In this document: positions 1 through 12,730 of the stretch, piece after piece
Numbering within the stretch: position 1 is the stretch's first letter
How the letters are laid out: each line of letters starts with the position of its first letter
Source of the DNA: Dicyema japonicum
Taxonomy: Eukaryota; Animalia; Dicyemida
Direction: 5' to 3'
Assembly (NCBI GenBank): GCA_011109175.1
Contig: RDEW01000070.1
Coordinates: 104,486 to 168,485, forward strand
DNA: 64,000 nucleotides
Translations under genes and position numbers: made by a program
The notes under the pieces: generated by a model
Database searches by the model: none
What the model was told of the DNA's origin: nothing
What the model saw: only the letters and a program-made list of their open reading frames with translations

Positions 1-1024
1 TTTATTGTGGATTGGTACCCCACTTACTGTGGCTAGTTTGGACAGAGATCTATCAAATTCTGAGTCGTCTGCTCTTAAGGACGGGTACTTGGTTTGTTCT
101 CCAGTCAAAAATAAATTTTTGAACGTAAACAGACCAATGTGCAATCTATCTGAATGTTCTGGTGATGAGGTTACAATTAAATATTTATTTTTTGTTAACA
201 ATTTTATTTATTTTTATAAATCAATTTTTTATGTTTAGAATGATAGTTCCCACGTTACTATCTTGGGAGTAATTCGACGAACGAGGCTAATTTGATCGAT
301 AATGGCACAGAGGTCTCAGTGTTATCTAAGGTAGAGGAATTTAATCAACGTGTGTAGATTCACCACCAACTCGCATTATATCACCAAATGGGACGCTTCA
401 CTGATTCTTCAGTTGACTGGATAGCCTATGACTTCCATGAGAATATTGCTGCTAAGCTTGGCAACCCCGAAGCGATGGAAAACCTCTCAAAGATCTACTT
501 GGACTTGATGATTACTGACTTTAAGCTCAACGACATTCTGAACCCCCAGGTCCCCGACTTCTTTTATTTCAGAGGACTCTTGAAGATCTTAAAAACTTGG
601 GAGTTGAGTTCATGATTCGCTGCGCGGAAACTTTCGGTTCCCTTTTCTGTTTAAGACACGTGGCTCACTGTTGGCTGGAGGGTTCTGGGCCTGGTAAATT
701 AAGGTTGATGGTTGACTGATGTGTTAGTGAGAGAAACTGGAGACGTGCTGCCGACTGTCTGGAGACTTTGATTATGAGCGGGACAGAGGAGTTCTACGAG
801 GAGACACATTTGCAACTGTTCAGAGAGAGGGTCGAGCTGGCTAAAGTCTACATGGTTGGGGGATTTGGAGTTGACGTTGATAAGAGACGTGCAGGCATGC
901 TTACTAGTTTATTGTAGGCCAACTCTTTACTGAGGCTGCCAATGAAGCTATTAAGATTAATTATGTAGAGTTGGCTATGAAGTATTTTTCTTTGGCAGAA
1001 GAGTGCCAAGTCGAGGAGCAATAA
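1..1024 (+). CDS. EEF2K: Eukaryotic elongation factor 2 kinase, 3' part (C-terminal SEL1-like region); gene starts upstream of the window
   Basis: Removing introns 170-246, 331-357, 550-572, 704-727 and 895-917 gives FPR...SVLSK-IHHQLALYHQMGRF...AAKLGNPEAM...EFMIRCAET...NWRRAADC...GGFGVDVDKRRAGQLFTEAANEA...AMKYFSLAEE, stop TAA at 1022-1024. This follows the eEF2K C-terminus motif by motif (SILGKVH..YHEGGRF, GGYGLEKDPQRSGDLYTQAAE). Confidence 0.8.
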
Positions 1025-2050
1025 GCTGTATCGGTGGTGGTTAACTATTTTTTAATTAAACTGTGAAATTTACTGGTTCGCTTGTTAACCACGTGTAAAG
1101 CCTTATGTGCGTAATGCATCACCAATTTTTATTCTTTTCTCGTTCTCTCCCTAACTATCTACCTGTACTAGATCATGAGTTAATATTTTTGAATTCATAT
1201 TGTACACGTGTATAAGAAATTTCAACCTTTGTATGGCCATCGTTGCAACTCACTTGCGTGGGTCGATACAGTAAAAATTGCCAGCAGACAACGAAAAGGG
1301 AGCAGAGTTTTTTCTGAATGGTTATGAGATTATCTTCATGATCCCCATTTTCGTAAGTTCCGCAGTCATCCGATTCTAATGTTTTCCAAATGTAAATCCT
1401 TATCAAACGTCACATTCAGGATGTTTGGTATAACTGTAAAAGCCACATCGCTAATCGTGGTCTTAGGCCCGTTTGTTTACAGACTATCAGGCCTTACCTG
1501 ACATGTGGTTTGGACTAGGGAAAGTCCACAAAATAATCGTCACCACAAAAGGGAGCCTAAACAAGGAATATTTTTAAAGATGTAAATAAGATTTTTTCGA
1601 TATTTTGTAGGTAATAATAAAAATAATAACACCAGAGACCACGGTTACACAAACTAACTAATCAAGTGATTTCAGCACGCTCTAGCAGGGACCTTATCTT
1701 TGCCTGATGCTCGTCCCCACACAAACACGCATCGGTCGAGTGATTGGACCTTCGCAGTCACGACGGCGCGTTCCGTAGTTCATTCTTATCAAGGTTTTTA
1801 GAGGCATTGGTGGCTGGAGTTCTCCAAGAATCCAGCAAACGTTATTTTGGAGGCTCTTTTCCGGCTAGCCTCAATCTTCAAAAACATTCGTCCAAGAGAT
1901 GAGTAGACCCCATATGCCACATGCATAAAGATGAATGGTTCAATGAATTTTTTATACACAGTGCTCAAAGCAGAATGCTTTCCGATCTTCCATAAGCCTG
2001 TGATGGCATTTCAGAACATTAGTTTTTTTCGCAATTTGTAATTACGTTTA

Positions 2051-2372
2051 ATTAATTAATTTATTAACCCCGGATACACCGAGAAAGAAGTTAAAGTAGA
2101 CAACTAATTAAGTGTATCCAGTTTCCACTTCTACAGAAACAGAGTCCATCCGGAATCAGCATAAAAATAGGACGTCCATTACATGCAGTTGTGGAAACCC
2201 CTCCAGTGTAGTGGGGAAGAGCAAATGATCCTTTTTCGTGCCGGCCTGGCATTGGGCGTCACCTAGACAGGTGGATCACATGACGCCACTCTAATAGGAA
2301 AAAAGAGGAGGAACAGACAAGCAAGCAGAAAACTTCAACCAATTAACCACGCGGCTATAATAATATCAATAA
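2051..2372 (-). mobile_element. Short LINE-derived retroposon, copy 1
   Basis: Flanked by the 13-bp direct repeat GTAATTACGTTTA (2038-2050, 2373-2385). AT-rich simple-repeat tail at the low-coordinate end. Nearly identical to 43400-43726. Confidence 0.8.
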
Positions 2373-2669
2373 GTAATTACGTTTAGGTGACAGCACTTTT
2401 TGTGTAATAACACGGTTATTTAATATTAATCACTTTCACTTGATTAATTATTTTATTTTAATAAATAAGTATTTTAAATTATTTTAAACATTTCATGTGT
2501 TATCTTATCTGCAGTGTTATTAAACTCTGCTATATTATTCCTGTTTTAAGAGGCATTTGAGATATAATGCTATCGATTTGCAGGCACATTTAAATTATGT
2601 CCCCTTATTTTATAATCCAATATTTTTTAAGTCTTATATATTAACTACTAAAAGTGATCTCTCAAGGTC

Positions 2670-3350
2670 CCTGGTAGTAAACCCAGACAAAATGGAAAGA
2701 ACTAGAATATCCCGTTGCACCACGAGAAATGAGGAAAGGTTGAGAACATGCAAGAAAGTTGGATCTCTCTTCGGAAAACTTTATTCACAAGAAATTTCTG
2801 GCTGTCGCTTCTGTCAAAAAATTTTAAGCGATCTGGATGCGACGAAAGTTCATAGGCACTCGCCTTCGAATTCGGTTGTACAACTTTTTTATCGAACCAA
2901 TTCTACTTTATAACGCGGGGATCTGGGGACTAACCACCAAAGAATTGGAAAACCTCAACTCTTTCCACAGAAAACAACTGCGACTTCTTCTGGGAGTCTA
3001 CCGGCCAACGAGCTATAGAGAATACTCAAACACAAAGATGGGAATAAAGGTGCTTCTGCGAAATGGCAGCTTTTTGGACATAGCCTAAGAGCTTCGGAAA
3101 TGGCACCGGTAAATCAGGCCATGGAATCATACTTTTCTGTATTAAACAAAACAACGCATCGAGGTCGACAAAGCACTCACTTTGATAGGAAGAAAACTGA
3201 AAACAGCAGAGGATCTGGATGATCTGAGGGCGGATGCGAGAAACATGGGAGGATGGAAACGACTCAAAGAGCGTGTCCAGAGATGCATGGCAAAAGTGGA
3301 ATCTCAAATTAGTTAACTTTGCTGGTTCTGCGGACATTGCTATTAATAAT
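2670..3350 (+). mobile_element. RTE-clade non-LTR retrotransposon, 5'-truncated and frameshifted 3' part
   Basis: Overlapping frames give LVVNPDKME, RLYNFFIEPILLYNAGIWGLT, LNSFHRKQLR, W..FGH.LR and DLDDLR, typical of the RTE RT C-terminus. Homologous to 12.3, 46.7 and 48.2 kb. Confidence 0.75.
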
Positions 3351-3369
3351 AAAATTAACTAGTGTAACA

Positions 3370-3640
3370 AGAGCCTGATGGTCCTTAGTTCTAGTCTCGC
3401 TGCTGAACATTCTGGCTTACGGTTCCACGCATCTACGATGCTTTTGCTTGATCAGTGAACATTCCATTGCGGAATCGGATCGTCTACAAAAGGACTCACT
3501 CCAAACAGAAAAACGAATTGAAGAACATTACCAGGTTCTCCTCTACGATAAGTTATGATAACTGTTCTTTACTTAAAAGAAAGTATGTGTACTCCCTGGA
3601 AGGAGCGATAGCTAATTTGGCTCTTCGTAAAGTGCATAAA
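3370..3640 (+). mobile_element. tRNA-derived SINE, degenerate copy
   Basis: Shares GGTTCCACGCATCTACGATG, the core and the ATAACTGTTCTTTACTTAAA...GGCTCT tail with the full-length copy at 58198-58523. Confidence 0.7.
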
Positions 3641-3814
3641 TACGCGAGAATGCCCATTTATCGCTTTCACACCATGGATAATTCTTTATGTAAGATATTG
3701 CAACAGATCTGTTTGAATAATTTTAGTGATAATTACGAATCCCAGACTCATTGAGAAAAAAAATTAACATTTAACATCTAATCAAATACATCCAGTTCCA
3801 CAATCGCTGAGATA

Positions 3815-4015
3815 CAAATAATTTTCAAATCTCGCTGTTGTCAATTCTGACCTAAAGTTCCACGTGTTCCTGGATTGACGAGTGGAGCCGTCATACGTGA
3901 TACCTTGGGGAACCAGATCGTCTACAGGAACTCACATAAAAAGAGATATAAAGAAATTCCTTGACCAATTTTTAACGATTAGTTAACATAACTGTTCTTC
4001 TCTTGACATGCTACA
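3815..4015 (+). mobile_element. tRNA-derived SINE, partial copy
   Basis: TCTCGCTGTTG...GTTCCACG...TTGACGAGTG...ATAACTGTTC, collinear with the other copies. Confidence 0.6.
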
Positions 4016-4152
4016 AGAATTGGATCTTATTTATTTATTATTTTTTATTTAAGAATTAGGGTTCTGTGAAGTTATGTTATTATTATTAAAAATAAAATAA
4101 AATTATGCAAATATTAATTGAATTTAAAAACTGTTTTGTGGACTTTTAATTC

Positions 4153-6888
4153 ATGTCGGAAGATGCCAGTCAAAATAAAATTAAGTTCATCGAAATAAAA
4201 CTCAACCGTGACCTCTGCAAAAGTACTGATTTTCCCACCCAGGAGTACTATTATGAAGATCTCCTAGCCTCACAAGTAATCCACAATTTTGACCCAGATC
4301 GATAACCCAGAGGAATTGGAAACTCAGAGCACTAAAAGGAAACTCAAAGAGATCAGTGTCTCAAAAAAGCTGCATAAAGAATTTGTAGAACTAATATTCA
4401 CTAAAGAGCAAAATGTTGGTCGAAAAGGGAATCAGTGAGCGGGAGGCATTAATTGAAATGGAGAACTTCTCCCACCTTGGAGACGGCTACGACAAGTCAG
4501 ACCCTTTCATAGACGACGGAGAAATTGTAGACTAATTCATAATTAAAGTTCGATGAGTGCATTCCCACGAACCTGAGGACTGAAATTGGGGGGTTTTTCA
4601 TTAACGAAGGCCCTTTGGTGATCTCCTCAACTGACATGGGAAACGGTTCTAAGCCAAAGGCCAAAAAGAAACGAGAGAACCCTCCAGAAACCTCACCTAA
4701 GATTCCCAAACTACGTGCTAAGTTTTATGGATTTTAATTTTTAGAAAACTAGATAGAGATTTAACTCTCCCCCAGTTTCTTAATGGCTACATTGAGAAGT
4801 GGTACAATCTTATCGGCTACACAGCTAATCTGACTTGTGGAACCACGTGGGATGGGGAGACGGACGCTTTGGAGGCTATTTTTCCACTTATACCTCCTTC
4901 GATGGAGAGAGCCGTCAACAAAATGATTGAAATTTACTTCCCCCATAAAGAAATTTCAATTCTTGACGAATTTGTTGCCGAGTCCCCACAAACACGTGTG
5001 CCATTAACTGCCCTCTGTCCACAAAACTCGTCAAATCAGCCTCCCTTAAATTCAGATGACTCTAAGAGCGCCCCGTTGGAATCTTCAGTGATCTTTATTT
5101 CGCACGACGAACCTCCCCACTTCGAAAAACCGATAATTTCCGTTCTTAATCGATTTTTAGAGGTATACCAACCTAAAATATAAAAAATAGAGAATGGACA
5201 AGAAACGTGCTCAGAGTAGATTGGACGGTCCCCGAAGGCCAGACTACGAGGATTCTAAACTCTTATTAGTGTTTGATGTTATCTAATGCTAGTCTTTATG
5301 CTAACTGTCGCCGTTTTGGCTTGGGGACTGAACAGTGGGAGAGCATATTGGAGATTGTGGCGACCGGCTTAAATATGGGGGGAGATAGAGAGGAAAAGTT
5401 GTCGAAGTTGAGTGATTATTTGGACGACGTGTCTAAGCACTTTTGTGGAGGGATTGATAATGTGTTGATTTTGAAGTTTGTTGGAGATGGTTGTGTGATT
5501 GTTTACTGTCAGAAACGTTGAAGATTGAGATTAAAAGGGCAGAAGTAGAGTGTGATGATCAGAGTGGAAAGAAGAAGGGAGCTGCGAAGGTTATTATCCC
5601 TGAGAGACAAAAGTATTTTTTGTTATTTTTTATTTTATTATTTTTTCGTAAAAATTATTTATTTAATTTTAAATATTTTATTTTTTGTTGTACTTTTATA
5701 AATTTTTTATGACTATAAATTAAAGTATGTTATATGTCAGTAATACACAGCGTAGTGATATAGAATTTGCGCCCTAAGCGAGGGTGAAATGTCTAATATC
5801 TCCTATCTTCTATTATGAACAATTTTGTCAACATCGCCTTAGATTTTTTATTAGTATTAGGAAGAGTTATATTTACTCGTTTTATTCTTTTATGGCTGCC
5901 CGTTTAATTTTTAAGGAATAGTGCAACGAAGAGCTATTAGCGGTTTGAATGTTTATTCGGCATTTTATTTATTTTTCTTGTATTATATTTAATATTTAAA
6001 ATTATTTTTTAATATTTTAGTATTTTTTTGTCAATAAACATATATTTTTAGGAACGTGATAAAGACAGTATTTGTACTGTTTTTCCTGGCTATAAAGATC
6101 GACAAATTGTCAGGTGCTACCTTCCTAATGCACATGAATACGTTCATTAAACACTTTGTCTCTAAACTAGGCGGATCTAAAGCTGGCCTTAACCAATCGT
6201 AGTAGTCTCACTAACTTATAGGTTGCTCCTCTCTGCTTCCGAATTTCCTCTTAGGAAGATTAAGAAACTCTTTGGTACTCCGAAACCTGCCAAGATTCCG
6301 ATAGAGGTTGTGAAACTTGAGAAGCAACCCGAGGAAATTCAGATTCCGATAGAGGTTGTGAAACCTAATACCCAACTCATGGAAGTTCAAATTGAGAACA
6401 GAAACGCGGAAAATCCTATGGATTTGAGTAAAGAAAGAGAGGAAGTCAAAGTTATTGATAAAATCTCAGTTTCTCAGCCAAATCATCAATTTGCTAATCA
6501 AAGCGAATCTTCGTCTTTGTTTACGCCGCCAATTCCTGTGAATATACGAAAAACGTGGCGTCCCCTAGAAATTTCTCATCCCCCTAAAACTCAACAAATG
6601 AAAAAAACTTTAGTAATCCCCCAAAATCATGATCGGTCCTTCGTCAATTTGTTGAATTATTCCCCACGTCGGCATTTTAGACCGAATTATCAGATGGGAG
6701 AACTTCATCAGAGGATGGATATTATTCCGAATGACCACAATTGGAGGGGGTTCGGAAACTTGTATGGCCAAGGGAGGTTTAACAGTCCCGATGTGAGATT
6801 TCAAAATGGATCGATATATCAGTGGAATCCTAATTTGTATAGAGGACCTGATAACGGGAATTTTTATAGGAGATCTCAATTTGAATAA
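4153..6888 (+). CDS. UBN1: Ubinuclein/yemanuclein-like histone chaperone subunit (HUN domain), 10 exons
   Basis: ATG at 4153. Introns 4276-4297, 4385-4406, 4527-4548, 4722-4744, 5163-5190, 5271-5292, 5490-5512, 5613-6051 and 6199-6221 all keep the frame open. HUN motif HLGDGYDKSDPFIDDGEI-FDECIPTNLRTEIGGFFINEGPL. ORFs 4869, 5273, 5491 and 6223 are exons. UBN1 vs UBN2 cannot be resolved. Confidence 0.8.
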
Positions 6889-6919
6889 CCTTTCGATTAT
6901 ATTTTCATTAAATAAATAT

Positions 6920-9142
6920 TTTTTTTTTTTAAATCAAAAATTTATTAACAATAAAATATTATTTATTAACTATGGGTGAGAGCGGCTGCTGACATCACGG
7001 AGTAAGCGTTTCCGCGAATAACAGCGATACCAATTTTTTGCCTCAGCCAGACCGCTTCCCGCACGTCTTTCTTGCGGTGGGCCAATTTTCCCCCGATTTC
7101 CTTTAGGAAAGAGGCTGTAATACTTCCAGCCGCACCAGACGTCTCGATTGCTATCGGTACAAAACGGTAGCGGTCTCCAATTTCGCCATATTTTTTAATC
7201 TTGATTTTTCGGCCAGATCGGCTGCCGATCCAGCAGACTGCGCCGAGCTGAGCATCATCGAGTTCGAGAAAGAATCCACAACAGTGCAGTCCCATACGAG
7301 CGATTTTCCCTCAGTGAACGGAAAGACAGTTAACCCATCCGGTCTTTTCCCATCTCCGCGGTCCAATCCCACAGGTTCCAATACTGCCGGGAAGCCTGCC
7401 GCTTCAAGAGCTCGCAAGACAATGTTGTTCATAGCAGCATGGCGGGGTGCTCTGCCCGCACTCCTTTTGCACGAGAGCGGGTGCAGCCCTTTGGCATCGA
7501 CGATCCCTCCACAGCGACATTGGTGTTCGACGCAAACATCAGCTCCCAGGCGTTGTGCGATTCCAATCCGAATACAGTCATCGTCCAATAGGGTCCCCAG
7601 GGAGGAAGACGGGAGTGCATCCAGCCACGCTCCGCTCCCATGGTTGGCGGCGGACACGAGGCATGCAAGACGATGCTGGTTGGCCTCAGACTTTAGCACG
7701 TCGAAGATATTCTTGGAGTAAATATCATCCCAGTCACGTTGCCTCGAAGGATCGTTCGGCATATCCAAACCAGTTTCACACCATTCGCAACGAGCTTCGT
7801 CGAAGACTTTTTCCCAAGAGAGTCCGGTTGTAATACGTAGGATTTCTTGGACCAAAAGGCTTCCACTTGAGAGCGATGACACATATGCTGGATAGGCGAT
7901 CTCCAGCGCCGACCTGAGACCCGTTCCTCCGAGGCGTGTAGGAAGCTTGCATTGGTTCCAACTCGGCGCATCAAACTGGATGTTTAGAAGTAATTCAGCT
8001 GATTTTCTCAATGTCCTATCCAGTGACAGGAGGATGTCACGATGTTTGAAGCAGGGAGAACATCGGAGAGCATATAGGAGTTTGGGCAAGCCGATGCTAT
8101 TCTTCAAAAGGAAAACGCTGTATGACCATCGAGTAAGGAAAGTTTCTCCGTGACTCTGGAGAGTTCATCCTCTTTTGTTTGTAGATGGCTCCGCAGTTCC
8201 TTTTCGTCAAGTGGGCACCCAAGAAAGTATGTCCGCTCCCTGGGTACGACAGTAATTCCAGGTAATACCGAGTTGAAAGACTCGACCACGTTGATGAAAT
8301 CACTCTCCGAGTATGTGATATTTATTAGCTCCGATTTCTTTATGTTTATCTCAAGTCCGAGGTTTCGTAGTGCTGGCACGGCATGTGACAGAACGTCGTG
8401 TACTTTTCTCCACGGCCCTCCAATTGTGGCGTCATCAAGATACCAAAGGTTAAGTTGTGTGTTTATAGAGCGGACAATTTCATCGATGGCCAGAGCGAAG
8501 AGTAGTGGACCAAGTGGGTCTCCTTGTTGAACTCCGGTCTCCGAACAGATAATCTTGTCCCCGAAAACCAGTGAAGAATTTGTTCCGTAAGCGAGGAAGA
8601 CAAGTGGAATAAGTTCCGGGGCTCGTTTGCTTGTAGTTTCGAAAATTTGATCCCTCCTCAATGAATTGAAGGCATTGCAGATGTCCAGCTTGACCCCAAT
8701 GTGTGGGTTTTGTTCGTCATTCTGTCCAAAAAAACACCTCGCAGCATGCACTGCCGCCTCGCATCCGTTCCTTACACCAACCCCCAGTTGGAGGGGGAAA
8801 ATTCTTCAGATATTCTCGGAGAGACAATGCTGCATGCAATTTTCGCTGTCAATCTTCTGAAATAGTTGCCGACTGCGATGGGGCGGACCCCACCTTCAGG
8901 TTTTTTGAAGGCCAATAAATGTGCACTGAAGAGGAGCTCCCTTGCTTGGGGAGGAATATCTCCGTTCAAAATACGCATAACCAGTTTTGTAATTGATTTG
9001 ACGAGGTTGCAGCCAGCTTCTGCAGTAGCCTCCGCCGTAAGATCTTTGATGTGACCCGGCCGCAAGCCATCGATGCCTCCACTGCTACTCGCCGCAAAGG
9101 ACGAAATGCCGCGTCGCACTTCGCCTTCGGTGACGGTCATCC
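6920..9142 (-). mobile_element. CRE-clade non-LTR retrotransposon (RT + zinc finger + restriction-like endonuclease), 5'-truncated
   Basis: Joined frames give DGLRPGH, RPIAVG, QLGVG, KLDICNAFN, GVQQGDPLGPLLF, WYLDD, CRCG..HPLSC, RHAAMN, KRPDG, WDCT, FVPIAIETSG. The three frameshifts (~8795, ~8113, ~7207) are each one base short in a homopolymer. A-rich tail near 6920-6930. Confidence 0.85.
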
Positions 9143-10444
9143 TTGAAAAAATAAATATTTTATTTATTTTTGTTTAGAAATCTGGATTTTATGTGATTTT
9201 TAATTGTCGAGATTTTCTTATTGGTCTGTTTGGTTGTCAGTTTGATGGTGGTGTCTTCATTTATGAATCACTAGAAGATGGAAATTACCGATGGGCAATG
9301 CTCAATTCAATCTTATTGCTAGTGGTCTTCTGAATTGTTGACTGGCGCAAAGATTGCGTGTATATTCGATTCGAACTTTACCGGAGTTCTGTTAGGCAAT
9401 AAAAAACTGGGAGAAGTTTTTCTTTAAAGGTGGTTTTCCAAGAAGGTTGAAATTATTTGCATTCTTCTACCTCAAAAACTATCTCCACGGTCCAAAGCTC
9501 TTGTATAGTCTAAAATGTTCGCCTGCCTTTGAGCACGTGACAGCTTCATGTTTATACATTGATGGATTTTGTTAAAAATATTTAAAAATCCAGTAAAACG
9601 AATCGGGTTGGGATCTGTGCAAACTCTCCACCGTCTGGGGTGATATGAGTCATTGGTCAGGAACATATATTGCTCAACCAGATTAATTGTTTTTGTCCAG
9701 TTACTTCATCTCTGAGAAATTCTCTTTCGACAAGACACTTTTTGATCTTCTTGTTTATCCCCAATACTGAAAGTCATATACATCAAGGGATGAAATTTTA
9801 AGAAAGGTTAAACCAGCTAATTAGGTGATCTCAGCATCAAATATCTCCAGATCTCTCTATGATTGTTCCGCCAGCGATACAACTGCTTCTCGGAAGTGTC
9901 TTCTGTTGTGTCTAGGGATGATATCGAGGTTAATTACCTACTTCCAATGACCCCATAGGTTTCTCAGACTATCGCTTCAAAAATGGCCTGTCTACTGAGT
10001 TTTCGTATTTTGACCTTTACAAGGCCAATTCTCGGTGAATAGCTGTTAGTTCAAGGTTTGAGGGAGATGAGCCATCCACAAAAGTAACGTCCCAAGCGAG
10101 GCATTTCTAACCCTTCTACTGTAAAAGAGTCGTCCCATATGGGATTTTGTTCGTAGAATCAATCTCGGTGACTCCAGCTGTACATGATACTCAACGACCT
10201 CAAGTACTCCTGGAATTACTTCATTTATTGCGGTGTGACTCGGGCTCCAGTAAGTGAATGAAATCCTTTAACGTCAACCATCTTCCCGTATCTACACCGA
10301 TGACTCAAAAGTGTTCCGACCAATGCACAAGGAAGAATCCTGAACCACATGCCTCTCACACTTGTAGATGTGAAGGTTAGGCATGTTGATCTTATTTAGA
10401 CGAACTTTTAAAAACAATTAAAAATATTTTATTTTAATAAAAAT

Positions 10445-10685
10445 TTAGCAATCGAGACGTTCGGTGCGGCCGGAAGTATTACAGCCTCTATCCTAAAGGA
10501 AATCGGAGGGAAATTGGCCCACCGCAAGAAAGACGTGCGGGAAACGGTCTGGCTGAGGTATCGAATTGGTATCGCAGTTGTCCGCGGAAACGCTTACTCC
10601 GTGATGCCACCAGCTGCTCTTTCCCATAGTTAATAAATAATATTTTGTTGTTAATAAATTTTTCACATTAAAAAAAAAAAAAAAA
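10445..10685 (+). mobile_element. CRE element 3' end (same subfamily as 6920-9142, opposite orientation)
   Basis: High nucleotide similarity to the reverse complement of ~6960-7150, followed by a poly(A) run. Confidence 0.8.
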
Positions 10686-11059
10686 ATAAAAATTTTATTA
10701 AAAAAACAATTTTAAATTAAGAAGACTCTCTAATCAGATTCCACGTGCAGATAATTTATGTGAACAGATATATTCAGAAAGTCAATATATGAATGATCTT
10801 GTGCTTCCAGTTGCTAAAACCTTGAATGAAATATCAATTTGTAAGCAATTTATGACGATTTATTATAAGGATTAAAGACATGAGGAAGTGATATACTAAC
10901 AATATTGGAAACATTATGTTCTGGTCTCCTAGTTAGACGAGGTCGAGAATTCACATTTATAAAATGAGGCAAAATGAAATTTTTTTGAGATCAAGTCAAA
11001 AAATATTAATTAATCGTTAATTTCTGTTAACCAATTGAAAACAGATAAATCGTTGCGGT

Positions 11060-12110
11060 CTTCAGAACCGACTTTAGGCATAAGGCAGTTTTCCGCAAGT
11101 GGGCCCATAATGAGATAGAAATAACACTAATAATTTAAATCCGGGTTGAAGACAACAAAGGACCGGTCCTCAAGATAGAAAAGGTCTTCATTTTTATTTC
11201 TTAAATATTTTTGGAATGAGATTTTGGGGATCAATTCGAAGTTGTGGATCGCATGTCTCCAAGTCATAAGATAAAATACGTAACATACTGGCGCTCAGAT
11301 GAGCTTGAACCAATTTTCTGAACCCTGACTTTTTACATCTCTTCAGCATTCCCAGTGTTTTTACCAGCCTTGGAGCATCATGAATTTGTGTCGTACGTTT
11401 ACGGAATCATTCCCCAGACGCTGTGAAGTATTCTTCCATGATTGTTGGGAGCATTTCTACAACGTGGGCAAACTGATTGCAATGCGCCTATGTGACTAAC
11501 TTACTTATGGTTCTGTGGAATATCTCTCATATAACGCTTCCTTCTTCACCCTCATTGGCCATTTCAGTACTAAGAGGGACCGAAGTCAAGCCCCTCCTCT
11601 TAGAGCTTTGAGATTCCCCATGCGCCCGAATTATTAGATGAGTTAATATAAAGTAAACACTGCAATTTCATGAGGGAAGTAATATAAACGGTAGGGCTTG
11701 CCTACCGACTTGTATCACGAATCTAAACAAAGGGTCATCTCTGAAGATGTCTCAGATACTTTAGTGCGGTTTTTGAAACGTCGTATAAGATTTTCGAGAG
11801 TTTCGCCAACCTTGCACATTTTTCCTTGCAACCATAGAGGAATTGGCATACGAGGACTTATCCCGTACAAGCTTTAGAGCAAAATTACTCGTTTTCTCAA
11901 ATTTCTTTAAGACTTCTTTTTTTGAGTCACACCATATTTTTAAACCAATAATTTTGCAAGAAGTATTTCGGAGTTGTAGACATAAACAAAGGTCTCCAAC
12001 TCGAGCTTTAATTTTTTAACTCAGAACAGAGCGTTCGTGCTTTTTTTCTTTAGCATTATTTTCCATAAAACTACCTCCAACGTCAATTAGGAGTGACGGT
12101 GATCAGAAAT
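11060..12110 (-). mobile_element. Decayed Ty3/Gypsy-like pol remnant
   Basis: Fragmentary minus-strand motifs resembling the RT start (SSYANS..V.RK..GWR), the integrase zinc-finger region (IHDAP..GK) and GPL. Many stops. Confidence 0.4.
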
Positions 12111-12304
12111 AACGCCTATGCAATCCTGGCCTCTTAAATAAAAGACTTTTGTTTTCCTTTTTTTACAAAATAATAATTAAAAAAATATATAACAGTAATT
12201 ATGAGTAGCTATTAAATTTTTAATGTTAATTATGTCAAACATTAAAAATATATTTATTGTACTTTACAGTCGTCACAGGTTAATTTTTAAATTATTCTTC
12301 ATTA

Positions 12305-12730
12305 ACAGCATGAAATCAGTAATCAAGATCAAGTGGCCTAAGAAGATCTCAAACAATGACCTCTACTCGAAGTGCAAATCTGGTATACTATCCGAGGAGA
12401 TCTTCAGATCAAGATGGAGTCTCTTTGGACATATCTTACGTCTAAATGCTCAAGTACCCGCGAATATCGCCATGGAAAACTACCTAATGCATACGGGAGC
12501 CGGTTTCCGTGGAAGACCAAGAGTCACACTCCCAACTATTTTGAATGGAGACCTGTCGGCTGTGGGACTGAAGCTCACTTCCGCAGACGACCTAGATACC
12601 TTAAGGGAACTGGCACGAAGTAGAGGGTCCTGGAAAAGGCTGATAGAGAGGATGGCTAGAAATACGGCACAAGGGAGGCTTGATTAATTTTATGACTTCT
12701 CGGGAGTGCTTTAAATAAATAATAATACAT
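12305..12730 (+). mobile_element. RTE-clade 3' fragment
   Basis: IKWPKKISNNDLY, RWSLFGHILR, PANIAME, FRGRPRVTLP, DLDTLRELA, followed by a TAA-rich tail. Confidence 0.8.

Noticed and set aside
7284-9054. Multiple plus-strand ORFs over the CRE element, and similar antisense ORFs over other elements
   Set aside because: They are shadow frames of GC-richer retrotransposon coding sequence.
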